Of a stretch of 64,000 nucleotides of DNA, positions 25,081 to 38,788 are shown in pieces. The stretch's first letter is position 1, and each line of letters starts with the position of its first letter. The notes under the pieces were generated by a model, which had not been told where the DNA came from, made no database searches, and was given only the letters and a program-made list of their open reading frames with translations. The DNA comes from Antedon mediterranea (taxonomy: Eukaryota > Animalia > Echinodermata): positions 1,448,101 through 1,512,100 of the forward strand of contig NC_092677.1 of assembly GCF_964355755.1 (NCBI RefSeq), given 5' to 3'. A program made the translations under genes and the position numbers.

Positions 25081-28000
25081 TTTTTGAGGAGTGGTTGTTT
25101 GTTGCCAATTGTTCTTGTATTTGGTAAGTACCAGGCTTTAATATTTTGTGGGTGCTACTAAGAAAACATTTGGTTTTGTATTTTTGGTAAACACATTTAA
25201 AATCCTCATATACATAAGTAGGCCTACATTTCCATCATTATTTGAAATACAAATAATACAATCATGCGTTTTATGTTATTTCCGTATTATAGAGGTGGTT
25301 CAAACTTAAGTCGACAATTAAAGAAAAAACTAATAATTTAAAATTAAATTCCCGTTGTCTGTGTTTGCGCGGGTGTGTCGATTTGATATCCTGCCGGACC
25401 ACATAGTTTGGTTTGTGAAACCAGAACAGAAAACGATAATAGAGAGAATGCACATTCCAGGGGCGCAGCCAGCAAAGAATTAATGGGGGGGTCAACCAAT
25501 ATGCGAGTATTTTGCGAGCGAAGCGAGCAACCATGGGCTGGGGGCCAGGGGGCCGCCAAGGGCCCCCGGTTGGGGTCCAGGGGGCGAAGCCCCCTGGAAG
25601 CTTTGGCGGTCTAGCGCAATCTAGATCATTTGAATCGGTTTACGCACACACAAATATGACAATGTTAACACTAATAAACTGAAACAAAGAAAACAAAAAC
25701 AACTCTCATTTTCATTACAGAACATTCCAGGCTGCCACAGACAAACACTTTTTTTCTTGCTTGTTTGTTGATTTGTGTAGAGAGGCTGTAAACTCAGAGG
25801 AGGAATTATTTGAATTCCTCCTTTTTCACAAATACAAAAGTTGCATGAAATGAACGCAGAGTTGCAAAAGTTTGAAAAAAGAAATTAGAATGATAGCATG
25901 GAGTGATATTATTAAATGAGAACCTTAAGGTTAGAGTTCATACACTGTGCAAGTCCAAGAAGCTATCTTGGCTCCGTGTGTATGTGAGACGCTTATCATA
26001 CCCAGTACATACAATATTTTGTTTAAAAATATACCTATTTTGTTCGAATGTATAGTATAGGTGATAGCTTATACATAATTGTAATAACTAACTTCTAAAT
26101 TATTATCATACATTTTACGTTAGTTACTATAACGGCGCTCTAGACATCGCGTGATGCATCTTTAAACATAAGTTTGGAACATTCTTCTCGGCTTGGAGAC
26201 AGAATTCGCGAATGACATTCTCTGTATTAATGTTCATGTTAAAGTGTATGTTCATGAGGCACAATCCCGAAAGCTGCTCATAAGACATGTGATTTCGCAA
26301 ACAGGTTTTCGTTCTCCACAAAGTCGAAAAACTCCGCTCAGCAGACGTTACGGGAATTGGCCTACGCGATTAGAAGAAGTGAACGCACATTCGGAAACAC
26401 ATCTGGATCCGCTAATTTTACACAGTCGCTTCTTCCATCACTGAAGCTCGGAATGAAGATGTTCGTGTCTTGGCAGATCATCGCACCAAATTCAAGTTCC
26501 TTGAAGACTTCTTCAACATTACACTTCACGATAGACTCGGGTGCTACGCCAAATATTTTAAAGCATGACCTGTTATCGGAAGAAAAACGGGTTTTTAACT
26601 CGGTTTGTAAATGATCAAGAAGTTGATTTGGTAATAGTGCTCGGTAGTAATCTTCCACAGTATCTCCAGGATGATTTGATCTGTATTGTTGTCTCATGTT
26701 TTTATTTATTTTTTCAAAAAAAAAGGGGGGGTCAGGACCCCCGTGACCCCCCCACTGGCTGCGCCCCTGCATTCACTAGAATTTTATTTTGTTTTTGTCG
26801 TCTTTCTGATTTTAACACTTTGCAGCACAATGTTATATTTCAAAACCAAGTAACGTAGCGTATTTTAGTTTCAGATACAAGTGCCCAAATACAAGTGTCA
26901 GTGGATGCTGGTACAGCGAGAGAGTTTGACAATGTAACAATGGTGTGTACTCCATCATTTCTGTCAGGAGATTCATTGGTTCAACTGGCTTGGACAAAAG
27001 CTGATGAGAATGGTCAACAAGTAGGAAGTGGTCTTGTAAGTTCTCCACGACAATCATCCAATGCTCGATACAGTTTGTCCAATAATAATCTTATAATAAC
27101 TGATGTTGAACGAGGTGATGCAGGCAACGTTGTGCTGTTAGCACCAATCTTGCAAATCCTGGTGAAAACTTTGCAGAACTCGCAGTCAATTGTGAGTACA
27201 GTATAGTAGAATGTTATGAATATGCAATTATTTCTTCAAATACAATAAATAAGTGGGAGGATGATACTGTATTTTAGACATTATAATTTGTTTATGTTTA
27301 ATGTAAGAACATTTGGAAATACAAGCTACAGTAATTGCTTTGTGTTAATTTATTTTAAACAAGTAGGCCTAGTGTATTTTGTTATTGATTTCATTTGTCA
27401 GATAATTGTGAGTATAAAGTAAATTATGATGAATATTTGTAATTTGCACATTTCTTCAAATTATAATCAATTTTTGTCAGAATTTCAAAGCGAGATGATG
27501 ATGCTTAGAAATATACTTATACAGTACTGTATTAAAAGCTTAGACTTATCAATGTTGTTGAAAAAAATAATTATTTGAAAATGTTTTGTCTTGAATGTTT
27601 AGACATACAATACTGTACTTGTCGATAAATAGTATTGTGTAGCAATTGAAACATTTAATCACAAATTATTATCAAATTTATCCTAAAAATAAAGTTGTGT
27701 TTGTGGTAATACATGAGTATTTTAAACATTGTTATGTAAGTTTTCCATGAACAGATCTTGACAACCCAGATTTGAAGCTAATGTCTAACGATGATGAAGC
27801 AGCAACATTTAAATGTACTGAACCTGATGGATTCCCAACACCGATTACCATCACATGGATCAAAGATGACGTCATACTTGATTTGTCTGATACACAAAAG
27901 TATCCAACTTCTAATGCAACATTAACGATTGATGACGTTGATGAGACAGATGAGGGAGTTTATCAGTGTAGAGCAGAGAATGCTGCTTACAGTGGAACAG

Positions 28001-28790
28001 AAAAAAAACTTAGTAACATTGTTACCCTCATCACATTAGGTTGGTACGATTGGAATCAAATAGTTTCATAACTGTTAATTGATACAATGAATACATACTA
28101 TATATAAACATACATTTCGTTCTTTCGGGTCGTGTTTTCTCTACCACAAATAATTTGTCTTTGTTCCTACATGATATGGATAGCACTGGTGAGCTAACAC
28201 AACAAAAACGGAACACTTTAGGCCTAATTGTTTTTTGTTGTTATTATTATTATGCAGGTGTTTTATAATATGAACGCATAATAAGTTTCGATAATAATGC
28301 TTATTTATTTTTTTAGAATTGACGACTACTTCTATATCCAGTAAGTCAACTATAAGTACGTTGCATTGTATTATATTGTAAATTTCCGGGTTTGAACGAA
28401 ATAAAAGTGGAAAGAAGCCACAAAAGAAAAACAAAATTAAAACAAATCTGGGTTTGATTCCCAAATAGACAAGGATGAAAATGTGAACAATTGATGTGAG
28501 CATCTTAAAAGCAACAGCGACGACAATTAGTCAGAATCATTTGTGAGAAGACAAAAAAGGAGAGAAAATATATAAAAAAGGTTCCCTGGATATTTGCTTA
28601 CTTCATACAATTATGAAAACACTGACTAATTCTTTTTCTATCCAATAAACTTTATTTTAAGCAGCAGGCGTACATGTCTTATACTAGAGAGACAGATAAC
28701 AAGGATAGCCACACATACCAAGATTTACAGAAGAAAGACGATAATCAAGCTGTATATATAAATGTTAGAGCAAAGAGGGACAAAAAATAA
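25081..28790 (+). pseudogene. Ig receptor copy 1 (disrupted)
   Basis: The leader remnant ends at 25123 with no in-frame ATG (deletion relative to copy 9). V exon 26869-27191 has a 4-bp deletion at the DxxxYxC motif. Ig2 27755-28039, micro-exon 28317-28340, tail exon ~28662-28790. The TM and spacer exons are deleted relative to copy 4. Confidence 0.85.
25458..26769 (-). mobile_element. Internally deleted hAT transposon in intron 1 of copy 1
   Basis: 15-bp TIR CAGGGGCGCAGCCAG / CTGGCTGCGCCCCTG. Minus-strand relic YYRALL..LDHLQTELKTRFS..FPNVRSLL..AERSFS..KTCLRNHMSYEQLSGLCLMNIH matches the hAT dimerisation domain. The empty site aatgcattcactag is seen in the paralogue at ~63960. Only CATTC is visibly duplicated, not a clean 8-bp TSD. 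Confidence 0.85.
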
Positions 28791-30001
28791 TGCCTCTTAT
28801 TGTTAATGAAATGTCACAGTTTGAAAATTGTTGATTTTAATAATATAACTCAATAATTTATGGGTAAAACTGACAAAATTTAAAATAACAAGAAAAATTT
28901 GAATTCTGCAATTTGTTTAAAAAAAACCCATACACTTTATATCTAGTGCCATTGCCTATGGTGTATAGCAACATGTGATGTAAAGATGAAAACATATGAC
29001 ATATCTAAAAATGTAAATAACAAGATACATTTATACGAATTATATTTCTTGGTCTTTTATTTCGTACTGGAATTGAAATTTGCTTGTAGTTGATTCGTTG
29101 TATATTTGAAGACAACATACAAAGAAAAAATAAGAAACAAAGGAAAATAAGGATTTCCTACACCAACACGCGTTTAAGTTCATATTATTAAAAATTTCTT
29201 TAATTTAATTTCGCCCTCGATTGCATGTTTGGTTGCTTGCTGCCATTTTTTCATAAGTGCATAAGTTCAAAATTATTTTGAAACACATTTCATCGTCTTC
29301 CGTTCAAATGTAGCTTAATGACGGCTGACGCCCTCTACCTCACCCTGTAGCTTTCATTTTCTTACAAAATTGCTACACACTCTTTTAGTCTTCACGCTCA
29401 TTAGGCATTACGAGCAAGTAACGTTACAGGTTGGTTTAATTTATTGTTAATATACTTAATACATAACTTGCCAAACTACTTTCTATTATTCAGCAAATTA
29501 ATTGTCACTATTAAAAATCAAGTATATTGATTCAATCGATATTATACATGAACGATACTGTATGAAGGAAGTAGACATAATAATATATCAAACTATGAAT
29601 GGCAATACACACTCATCACAATAACAGGAACAAACAGTATTTCAATATACATTATAATATACAATAGTGGAATAGTCTTGCTTTGTAGGCCCACTGGCCG
29701 TATTTAAGATTCCTGCTTTAGATTTGTGAAGATGAAGACGGAAATGTAAACATTATAATGTGATATCTTGTTTTTTTTTAACTTTGTGTTTGTAAAATGA
29801 CAGTTCTTTAGAAATATAGGAAATATGTTTGTTTACAAAAAATTAATCTAAACATTGGGCCACCATACAGTATGGAGGAAGTAAACAAAAATGTAAATGA
29901 ATCCTCATTCAGACAATGCAAGAACCATCAGTGTCCTTGAGAGACAAGAGTGATATATAATTTTGGAATTTCAGATTGTTAGGCGTGACCTAACAGAAGT
30001 A

Positions 30002-32291
30002 ATGTCGATATGTGAGTGTGCACTAATTTTCCTGATTTTCCTAAGCGACTGTAAGTAGAAACTTTGAATATAATTGGTGTAACCAATCATGCATGTTTAT
30101 TAGTAGGGTCATAAAAAAAACATAAAATTATAAGACTAGACTGGCTATGGAGTTTGACGTAGTAACCAATTTTTATTTGAAACGTTGAATATAATTGGTG
30201 TAATCGGTTGTCAAGCATGTTTTCAACATTGCGTTCTAATAATTATTAGTAGGGTCTTACTATTATTTCAACATTTGCTTATAAGACTGAAGTTCAGTGT
30301 TCGGAGAAACCAATTTTATTTTTGTTTTTTTTAATTGATTTGTTTCATTAAATACATTGCCACCCTTTCAATTTTGTATATAGTTATAAATGGTCAAAAT
30401 CCTGTAGTCAGTGTACAAGATGCTAACGTTAAATTAGGTGAGAGCGCTGTTATCTCCTGTAGTCATACACTCAGTGGTACTAGAACTCTGCAGGCTGTTC
30501 AATGGTACAATAGTAATTCAGATGGAGATCAGTTAGACATCCTTGTTAACAGTGCTGAGTCAAATACAAATGGTAGATATACAGTTACTAACACAGCACA
30601 GACTGCTCAAACTGGTGTAGCTACTCTCACCATTGCAAACTCAGTGTTACCTGATGAGGAATATTACCTATGTGGAATTATTGATTCATCTTCTGTGTTT
30701 GGTCAAGATAGTGGAAACCTTACTGTTCACTGTGAGTATGAATAAATCTGTCAAAATTGTATTATAGTTTTAAAATAAATTGCTATTTAAAAAAGGGTAG
30801 CATTCATTTTAATTAAGACAATTGACTTTGTCATTACAGATCTAGAAAACCCTATTTTGGAATCCAACACATTAATTGTCATGATAAATGACACCGCAAC
30901 ATTCACATGTGCTAAATTTATCGGCAAACCAACACCAATTATTGTCAGATGGACAAAGGAGAATGTTGCACTTGATGTTTCTGATGAAGAAAAGTATCCA
31001 TCTTCTGATGCAACATTAACTATTAATAAAGTTGATGAAATAGATGAAGGAAGTTATCGTTGTGTAGCAGAGAATGCTGCTTACAGTGGAGATGAAGGAA
31101 AAGAAAGTAATCCTCTCAAACTCTCAGTGGGTTGTAAGTAAAGTTTATTTATGTAGCTTTTATATTATTATTATTATTCTGATACGGACAAATATCCATC
31201 TTCTGATGCAACATTAATTATTAATAAAGTGAATGAAATGGTAGCAGAGAATGCTGCTTATAGTGGAAATGAAGGAAAACGTAGTAATCCTCTCGAACTC
31301 TCAGTAGGTTGGTTGCAATAAGGTTGTTATAACTAATGATACAATAATATCATTATTTTATTGATATCATAGGTATAATATTATGGAACCAAAGAGTCAA
31401 TCATAATTATACAGAATATTCCAACAATATGTATTATGCGGTAACAGTTACACAGTTTAGTTGTAATAGGCCTTTTTACAATATAGCACAAGTAATATAT
31501 AAAACCAATAGATGCACTGACTATGTTTAAATAACATAATCATATACTTTCTATTTCCTTAGCATTGAGAACAACTTCTTCTACATCCAGTAGGTCAACT
31601 ACACGTACGTTTCATTTGTTTGCATTGCACTAATAGTTTTCCATTTTTAGGCCCTATAATTTTGTGAATAAAAAGTATGACCTTTGTATATTTGTTATGT
31701 CACAATCACATGGTAACTCTGATTCTCCTGAATCTTGCGTGCACAGAAGTTCCAAAGAGTGAGGGCGTGTGCAATTCAACTGGTCTTGTTGTTGGAATGA
31801 CGTTTATTGGTGTGCTCATTGGATTCATTATCTGTTTGATTGTGGTTTTTATTATCAGAAAAATAGAGAAGTCAAAATCGCAGGTAAATTATAATTCAGA
31901 AAGTAGAAAAAAATAGTAAAATAGTCGAAGGTTTAGTGAAATACCGTCACAATTAATGGCAAATGTATTCAATTTACTTTTTGATGTTTTATTTTAAAGA
32001 CACCGACATCAACAAATGACAACCAATCAGGGGTAAGGATGCTATACTTCAACCTTAATTATTCTCTTTCACTTTGATCATTATCATCATTGTAACCAAA
32101 ACACAATAAAGGTTTGCATGATTGTAATTCATCTTACTTTACTGTTGTATTTTTTTTAGCAGCAGGCGTATATGACTTACACTGGAGAGACAGATAAAGA
32201 GGATAACCACACAATATACCAAGATCTACATTATAAAGACGATAATCAAGCTGTGTATGTAAATGTTAAAGCAAAGAAAGACAACAAATAA
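30002..32291 (+). CDS. Ig receptor copy 2 (apparently intact): signal peptide, V-Ig, I/C2-Ig, stalk, TM, Tyr-motif tail
   Basis: Exons 30002-30050 (MSICECALIFLIFLSD), 30384-30731, 30840-31133 (or 31130), 31563-31589, 31747-31883, 32000-32032 and 32160-32291. Both Ig domains have C..W..DxxxYxC. Tail: QQAYMTYTGETDKEDNHTIYQDLHYKDDNQAVYVNVKAKKDNK. Confidence 0.9.
31178..31320 (+). repeat. Partial, internally deleted duplicate of the 3' half of an Ig2 exon
   Basis: tctgatacggacaaatatccatcttctgatgcaacattaa...gcagagaatgctgcttatagtgga...ctctcagtag|gttggttgcaataa; this ending matches copy 5. Confidence 0.8.
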
Positions 32292-32729
32292 TATACATGT
32301 TTAAAATAAAAATGAAATACATACATTATTATTATTATTCTTATTATTAATGAAATACCATTTCATATCTGTAGAAAGTGTTTTCTTTCTCTTGATTTAA
32401 CTCTTTAACGTGTACAAATTTAATAACAAGGAAATGTGAATGCTGCAATTTGTATCATCACTAACAACAAAAAAACCTATATGTACCTATAGTGACATAA
32501 TCTACCAGTGGCATATAGCAACATGTGATGTAAAGATGAAAACCATAGACATAACCCTGTATGAATCGTATGGTACAACTTTTTTTTTTCTATCCGTGGG
32601 CCTAGGCGAAGGTCTAAATCACTAATCAACAATTAAGAGATATGTTTCAAATACAATCTATAATCAAAGAGTAAATTCATTCGTTAAACAACAAAATGCC
32701 GTGACATGAGATGCAAAAGAGAAATCAAT

Positions 32730-33984
32730 TTTGAAATCAATTCAATTCAATTCAATTCAATAATACATTTATTTAAGATGGTCACAATATATAACAAACA
32801 ATATTACAATAAACAATCATAAACAATTAATATAAGACCATCTTGGGATCAAAATTAGAAGTAGAACTTGTCTCACATTGACCCCTAAAATAATAATAAT
32901 AATTCAAACAAAAATAAGAACGGTACCGTATAAATATACAAATACAACGCATACAATTAAATAAATTATACAGTGCGCAACATATTTAGTAGGTTTGGTA
33001 ACAAGATAAATAAAGGATTTTTATATGCTTTCTAAATGAATTTACAGTATATAAATGATTGATGGCAGTTGAATCTAGATTATTCCAATACGTTGGTCCT
33101 AAATAAGTAATAAAAAACTGGCTTTTTCTAAGTTTAACAAATGGAACATACAATTTATGTGGATTTCTTATGTTATAGGTATGATCTAATAAACGATTTG
33201 AAAATAACATTGAAACAGACTTTGGTAGTAAACCAGTAACATATTCAAACATAAAAGAAGTAACTTGAAGTTTATGAAGGTCATATATTTTTAAAATTTT
33301 AAGTTTTTTAAACAAAGGTTCTGATGCAGATGTAGATTGTTCAAAGTTTAATAATCGAACAACACGTTTTTGTAAAATGAAAATTCTTTGTAAATTTGAT
33401 GGATAATCAGCTGCCCATATAATATTGCAATAAAGTAAATGTGGTAATATAAGCGAATTATACAAAGAAAGTAAAATGTGTTGAGGAAAAAAATATTTTA
33501 TCTGGTTTATAACACCAATGCATTTAGACATTTTGATTGAAATATTTTTCTGATGACCGGTCCAATTTAAGTTTTCATTAATTAAAATTCCAAGAAATAA
33601 AGTTTCGCTTTTTCGGTCCAGATTTTTACCATTTAGAACAACCTGAATGTTTTTGTTACTTAATTTATGCCTGTTTCGATGGGAGTGAAATATAATGAAA
33701 TTTGTTTTTGAAGTATTAATCAATAATTTATTAGAAGAGAACCAATTTTCAATCTTATTTAATTCTAAATTAAAGGTATTTACTAATAAATCAATATTTT
33801 TGTTTGAATAAAATAAAGTTGTATCATCGGCAAAGGAAACAATATTCAGTGTATCACTAACAAAGGTTATGTCATTTACGTAAATAAGAAATAATAAGGG
33901 TCCAAGGACCGACCCCTGTGGTACACCACATGGAACGTTCTTTGCCGATGATTTACAGTTACCAATCTGTACATATTGTTTACG
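32730..33984 (-). mobile_element. 5'-truncated LINE (CR1/L2/Crack-like) with an open RT 3' region and a (TTGAA)n tail
   Basis: The frame is open from ~33984 (RKQYVQ..CGVPQGSVLGPLLFLIYVND..FADDT) through ORF 33723-32986. Microsatellite tail at ~32737-32760. Flanked by GAAATCA repeats and absent at the paralogous site ~45013-45030. Confidence 0.92.
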
Positions 33985-34445
33985 AAATCAGTAGCCTATA
34001 ATAACAGTTGACGGCCGTTTAATTAGTATATTAGTACCGTAGCCTATAGGCCTAGTAATGGACCCCATCGTCACCAACAACGGCACCAAAATGCCATTTT
34101 CTTGTTCAAAGAATCATCGTTACTTTTAATGCAGGACACATCAAGTTTGTGCCAATTTCACAATAGCAATTGTTTGAGAAATTAAAGTTTAGACCAAAGA
34201 TGCTTTAGCATCATGAAGTGGCGCCACTCTACGTGGCGCGTTATACGATCTTTGGTTTTAGACTGGGTGTGGCGGGGATAGAGCGAGATAGCTTAAAGAA
34301 CGATGAGGGCGTGTGTAATTAATTCAATCCAGAGCCATCAGATTCAATAAACTCGTATTAGGTCTACTTTCAAAATCTCACAAAACAAGGAAGGACAATT
34401 CGATTTATATTCCGTATTCACTATACTAATAATTCTGTCTTTGTG

Positions 34446-36730
34446 ATGATGACTACTTGTTGTTTGCTGCTACTTGTTCTTGTATTTGGTAAGTACCCAG
34501 CTTTAATGTTTTGTTGTCAAACTAAGAAAACATTTAATTTTGTTTGTATTTAAATTACACATTTCCGTCATTTTTTGAAATAAAAATAGTTATACAGTTA
34601 TGTTATTTCCGGATTATAGATGGTGGTTCAAATTTTCAACAATCATAAAAATAAACTATCAAATGAAAGTTATTCCGGTTGTCTGTGTTTCTATGAAAAA
34701 ATGCATTTACTAGAATTTATTATTTTGTTATTATCATAATTCTGATTTAAACACTTTTCAGTATAGGCCTAATATGTCATATTTCACAGACAATCTTAGT
34801 TTCAGATACAAGTTCCCAAACACTAGTGACAGTGAATGCTGGTACAGCAAAAGTTGATGAAGCTGCAACAATGATGTGTACTTATACACTTGTACCAAAT
34901 GATTCATTGCTTCAACTGGTTTGGACAAAAGCAGATGACAATGGTCAAGCAGTAGGAATTGCTCTTGTGACTTCTACAGGAGAAACAAGCAATGGTCGAT
35001 ACAGTTTGTCCAATGATAATCTTATAATAACTGATGTTGTAAGAGAAGATGCAGACAACTATCGTTGTAGCGTTAGCACCAATGGTGGAAATACTGCTGA
35101 AAACTTTGCTAATCTCACGGTCTATTGTGAGTATGTAGCTAATTATGAATGAGTGTTCAAAGTTTTTGAAATGAAAAATATTAAAACTTCAACCCAGCAA
35201 TAAAATAAGACGTTAATACATTTGCATTTAACTTACATTTTACAATTGTTGTGAAAATGTTGCAATGCATACGCAAAATAGGCCTCCTGATTTGTTCGTT
35301 ATGTAGTCATGAATGAACATGTTTGCATTACCAGATCTTGAAGAACCAGTTCTGAATCCAACAAAGTTGTCTGTCAACGCAACAGAAACAGTGACATTTA
35401 CATGTTCTAACCTTATTGGTGTACCAGCACCAATTACCGTCACGTGGATCAAAGATGACGTCATACTTGATTTGTTTGATACAATAAAGTATCCGTCTTC
35501 TGATACAACATTGACGATTAATGACGTTGATGAATCAGACGAGGGCGTTTATCAGTGTAGAACAGAGAATGCTGCTTATAGTGGAACAGATGGAAAACTT
35601 AGTAATACTGCCACACTGTCAATAGGTTGGTGGAATAAACATTTTGATAAATAATATATTTTATTAGCATCATTGTATACGTATTTTCTGCATGTCCTAA
35701 TTAGTCATAGTCATAGTCATATATACTTTATTGTCCATTTAAAAAACAGAAATGTGATTTGAAAACTGGCAAAATACAAAAATATAAAATACAATTTACA
35801 AAAACACACACAAAAAGTTAAGAGGCTAAAAATTGTTAAAATTAGATAAAAATTATTATTATTTAATTATATTATATGATTTATTATTATATTGAACTAA
35901 CGATGATTTAAAGTTTATATATTATAAATTATAAATGGAATATTCATATTACAGTATATTATGTCATGCGGTAATAAAAAATAAAGCACATACACAGCGA
36001 AATCTGAACGTTTCAGATTTATTTAGTTATAAATGGCCTTTTGTAATATGAACGCATGGCGTGTTTTAGGCTACTAAATATTGCTTGTTTTTTATTTCTT
36101 TAGCATTGACAACAACATCTTTTATATCCAGTAAGTCAACAACACGTAGGTTCTGTTTGTTTGCATTGTATTGTAAATTCCCGGGTTTTTGCATTTGCGA
36201 AAAGAAAATAAGGATATAAATGGAAAGGGATATCCCCGCTTCATTCCATGATCTGTATGAGTGCTTAAAAAGGAAAATAAGTATGACCTTTATATATTTG
36301 TCAACACTAACTTATTGTAAACATGTTTAAAACACATGGTAACACTAATCCTTCTGTATTATTTGTTCAGTTTTAAGTACAGAAGTTTCAAACAGAGAGA
36401 ATGATTGTAATTCAACTGGTCTTGTTGTAGGAATGATGTTTGTTGGTGTGCTTATTGGATTCATTATATGTTTGCTTGTGGGTTTTATCATCAGCAAAAT
36501 AAGGAAGTCAAATTCACAAGTAAAGTATAATTCAGAAAGTAGAACCAAAAGCAAAAGTGTAGACTTAAAATGACCAAAGGTTTAATGAAATACCGCACAC
36601 TTCAGTAATGGAAACTATTTTAACATTAAATATTATGTTTTATTTTGAAGGTACCGACATCGAAAAACACCAACCAATCAGGGGTAAGGATGCCATACTT
36701 CAACTTTAAGTATTCACTTTACTCATTATT

Positions 36731-36762
<32 letters not shown>

Positions 36763-36981
36763 TATTATTATTATTTCACCAATATATCAATAAAGGTTTA
36801 CACGATTTTCATTCTTCTTTTTCCATGCACTAAACTTCTTAATTTTTTGTAGCAGCAGGCGTATATGACTTATACTGGAGAGATAGATAAAGAAACAAAC
36901 CACACATACCAAGATTTACAGAAGAAAGACGATAATCAAGCTGTATATGTAAATGTTAAAGCAAAAAAGGACAAAAAATAA
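34446..36981 (+). CDS. Ig receptor copy 3 (apparently intact)
   Basis: Exons 34446-34488 (MMTTCCLLLLVLVF), 34800-35126, 35335-35625, 36104-36130, 36371(or 36383)-36519, 36651-36683 and 36853-36981. Phases are consistent and there are no stops. Confidence 0.9.
35703..35925 (-). mobile_element. Short insertion with a simple-repeat tail in the copy 3 intron (probable retroposon 3' end)
   Basis: (agtcat)n followed by tttattg; absent in the paralogous introns of copies 6 and 8. Confidence 0.5.
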
Positions 36982-37099
36982 TATACATGTTTAAAATATA
37001 AAAATAAAAGAAATACATTATTATTATTCCTATTATTAATGGAATATCATTGGTTTGAAACTACAATCACATACATCTTGTTGATTTTGTTATAGAATA

Positions 37100-37670
37100 T
37101 AGAATATATCCAAAATATTTATAATCTAAATAAACTTGTAACTAACACTTTTATGTTTCGTCTTACTAATAAAACATTACCACCTTATAGTTTGTTCTTT
37201 ATTTACTAACGCATCCGAGCTCCACTCATATAATACACGATTCTCCCAGACAAATTTATTAAGCGATCTATCAAATTCTAAACTCAGACGCTCTTCAATT
37301 CTGTACAATGGCCCAAAATTATGGAAAAATATCCCCCCTTCTTTAAAAAATAAACATCTCTTTCATCATTTAAATATCATTATAAAAACCTCTTGGTCTC
37401 AGTGAATGGTGAGTAGTCTCCTCTTTCCTTCTTTTTATATTTTTTTGTATTGGATTTAAAGAGTTTTAAATGAATTGTAAATTATTTATATTTGGATTTA
37501 CATAATATATTCTAAAATTTTTTACTATATTTCTTAATTTTATTTATTTATTTGGTTAACTTGGTGGTCGGTCTGTAATCTGATCGACTCCTGTTACAAT
37601 TAATGGTTTCTAACTTGAACGCTTCATTTGTTTTATCATTTTCGTATATTTATCTGTAATTATTGTTTAA
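37100..37670 (+). mobile_element. LINE 3' fragment in the 3' UTR of copy 3, flanked by a ~120-bp direct duplication
   Basis: HSYNTR..SILYNGPKLW..SFKYHYK resembles a CR1/L2 ORF2 C-terminus. ~36977-37095 is repeated at ~37671-37790. Absent in copy 6. Confidence 0.65.
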
Positions 37671-38788
37671 AATAATATACATGTTTAAAATATAAAAATA
37701 AAATAAATACATTATTATTATTATTCTTATTATTAATGGAATATCATTGGTTTGAAACTACAATCACATACATCTTGTTGATTTTATTATAGAAATAAAG
37801 AGAAATCATAACCTGTAGAAAGTGTTTTCTTTCTCTTGATTTAACTCTTTAACGCGTACAAATTTAACAACAAGGAAATGTGAATGCTGCAATTTGTAAC
37901 ATCATTAACAAAAAAAACCTCTATGTACCTATAGTGACATAATCTACCAGTGGTATATAGAAACATTTGATGTAAAGATGAAAACCATAGACATACTTGA
38001 AAAATGTAAAAAAAGATAATTATGTAACTAACAACGATACATTTATTAAAAAACTGTATTTCTTGTTTTGATTTGTTTTAATTAAACCTTGCTTGTACAA
38101 GACCAACTTTGATTTGTTACTGAATTTAAAGTTTGAATGCATTAGTACATTGACATATAATGACTATTCCAGCATAAGAAGGAAAATAAACTAGAAAATC
38201 AATTCTTTTAATACGCGTGTAATTGTATTATTGTTATATAGCGTTCTTTAGTTTAATTCGCCTCGAGATATTGGTTGCTTGCTGCCATATTTTATACAAA
38301 GAATTGAGTAAGTTCAAATTAATTTTGAAACGGAATATTTAGATTCCTGGGAATTGGAACAGGACTTTAAAGTATGTGGGTGCGATTTTTATTTTGTTAA
38401 TGATTTTTAAACACATTTAAGAAATACTCCAGTTTGAGTTTGCACTGTTTTGAACTACAATACAATTTAATAATAATCACGTGTTTTATGATTTTATTTT
38501 AAATAATTTATACTATTTAGAAAATTAATTTGATCATCTAGATTTAGACGGAAGTACAGTGCACTATAATTATGAAGGAAGTAAAACTAATATATCACAA
38601 GTATGAACGGCAATTAATCTCAATCATAACAACGACAGGAACAACAACAACAGTATACAATACAGTAGAGTGTGGTAGAGTGCAAGACAATAATAGTGAA
38701 ATAGTCATCACCTAATAAAGCGGAAAATAAATGTATTATTGAATTATTGAATTGAATTGAAAAGATTTCCATATTCTATAGAATTGCG

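Noticed and set aside
25271-25614. GC-rich short ORFs
   Set aside because: They overlap the GC-rich terminus of the hAT element and are not genes.
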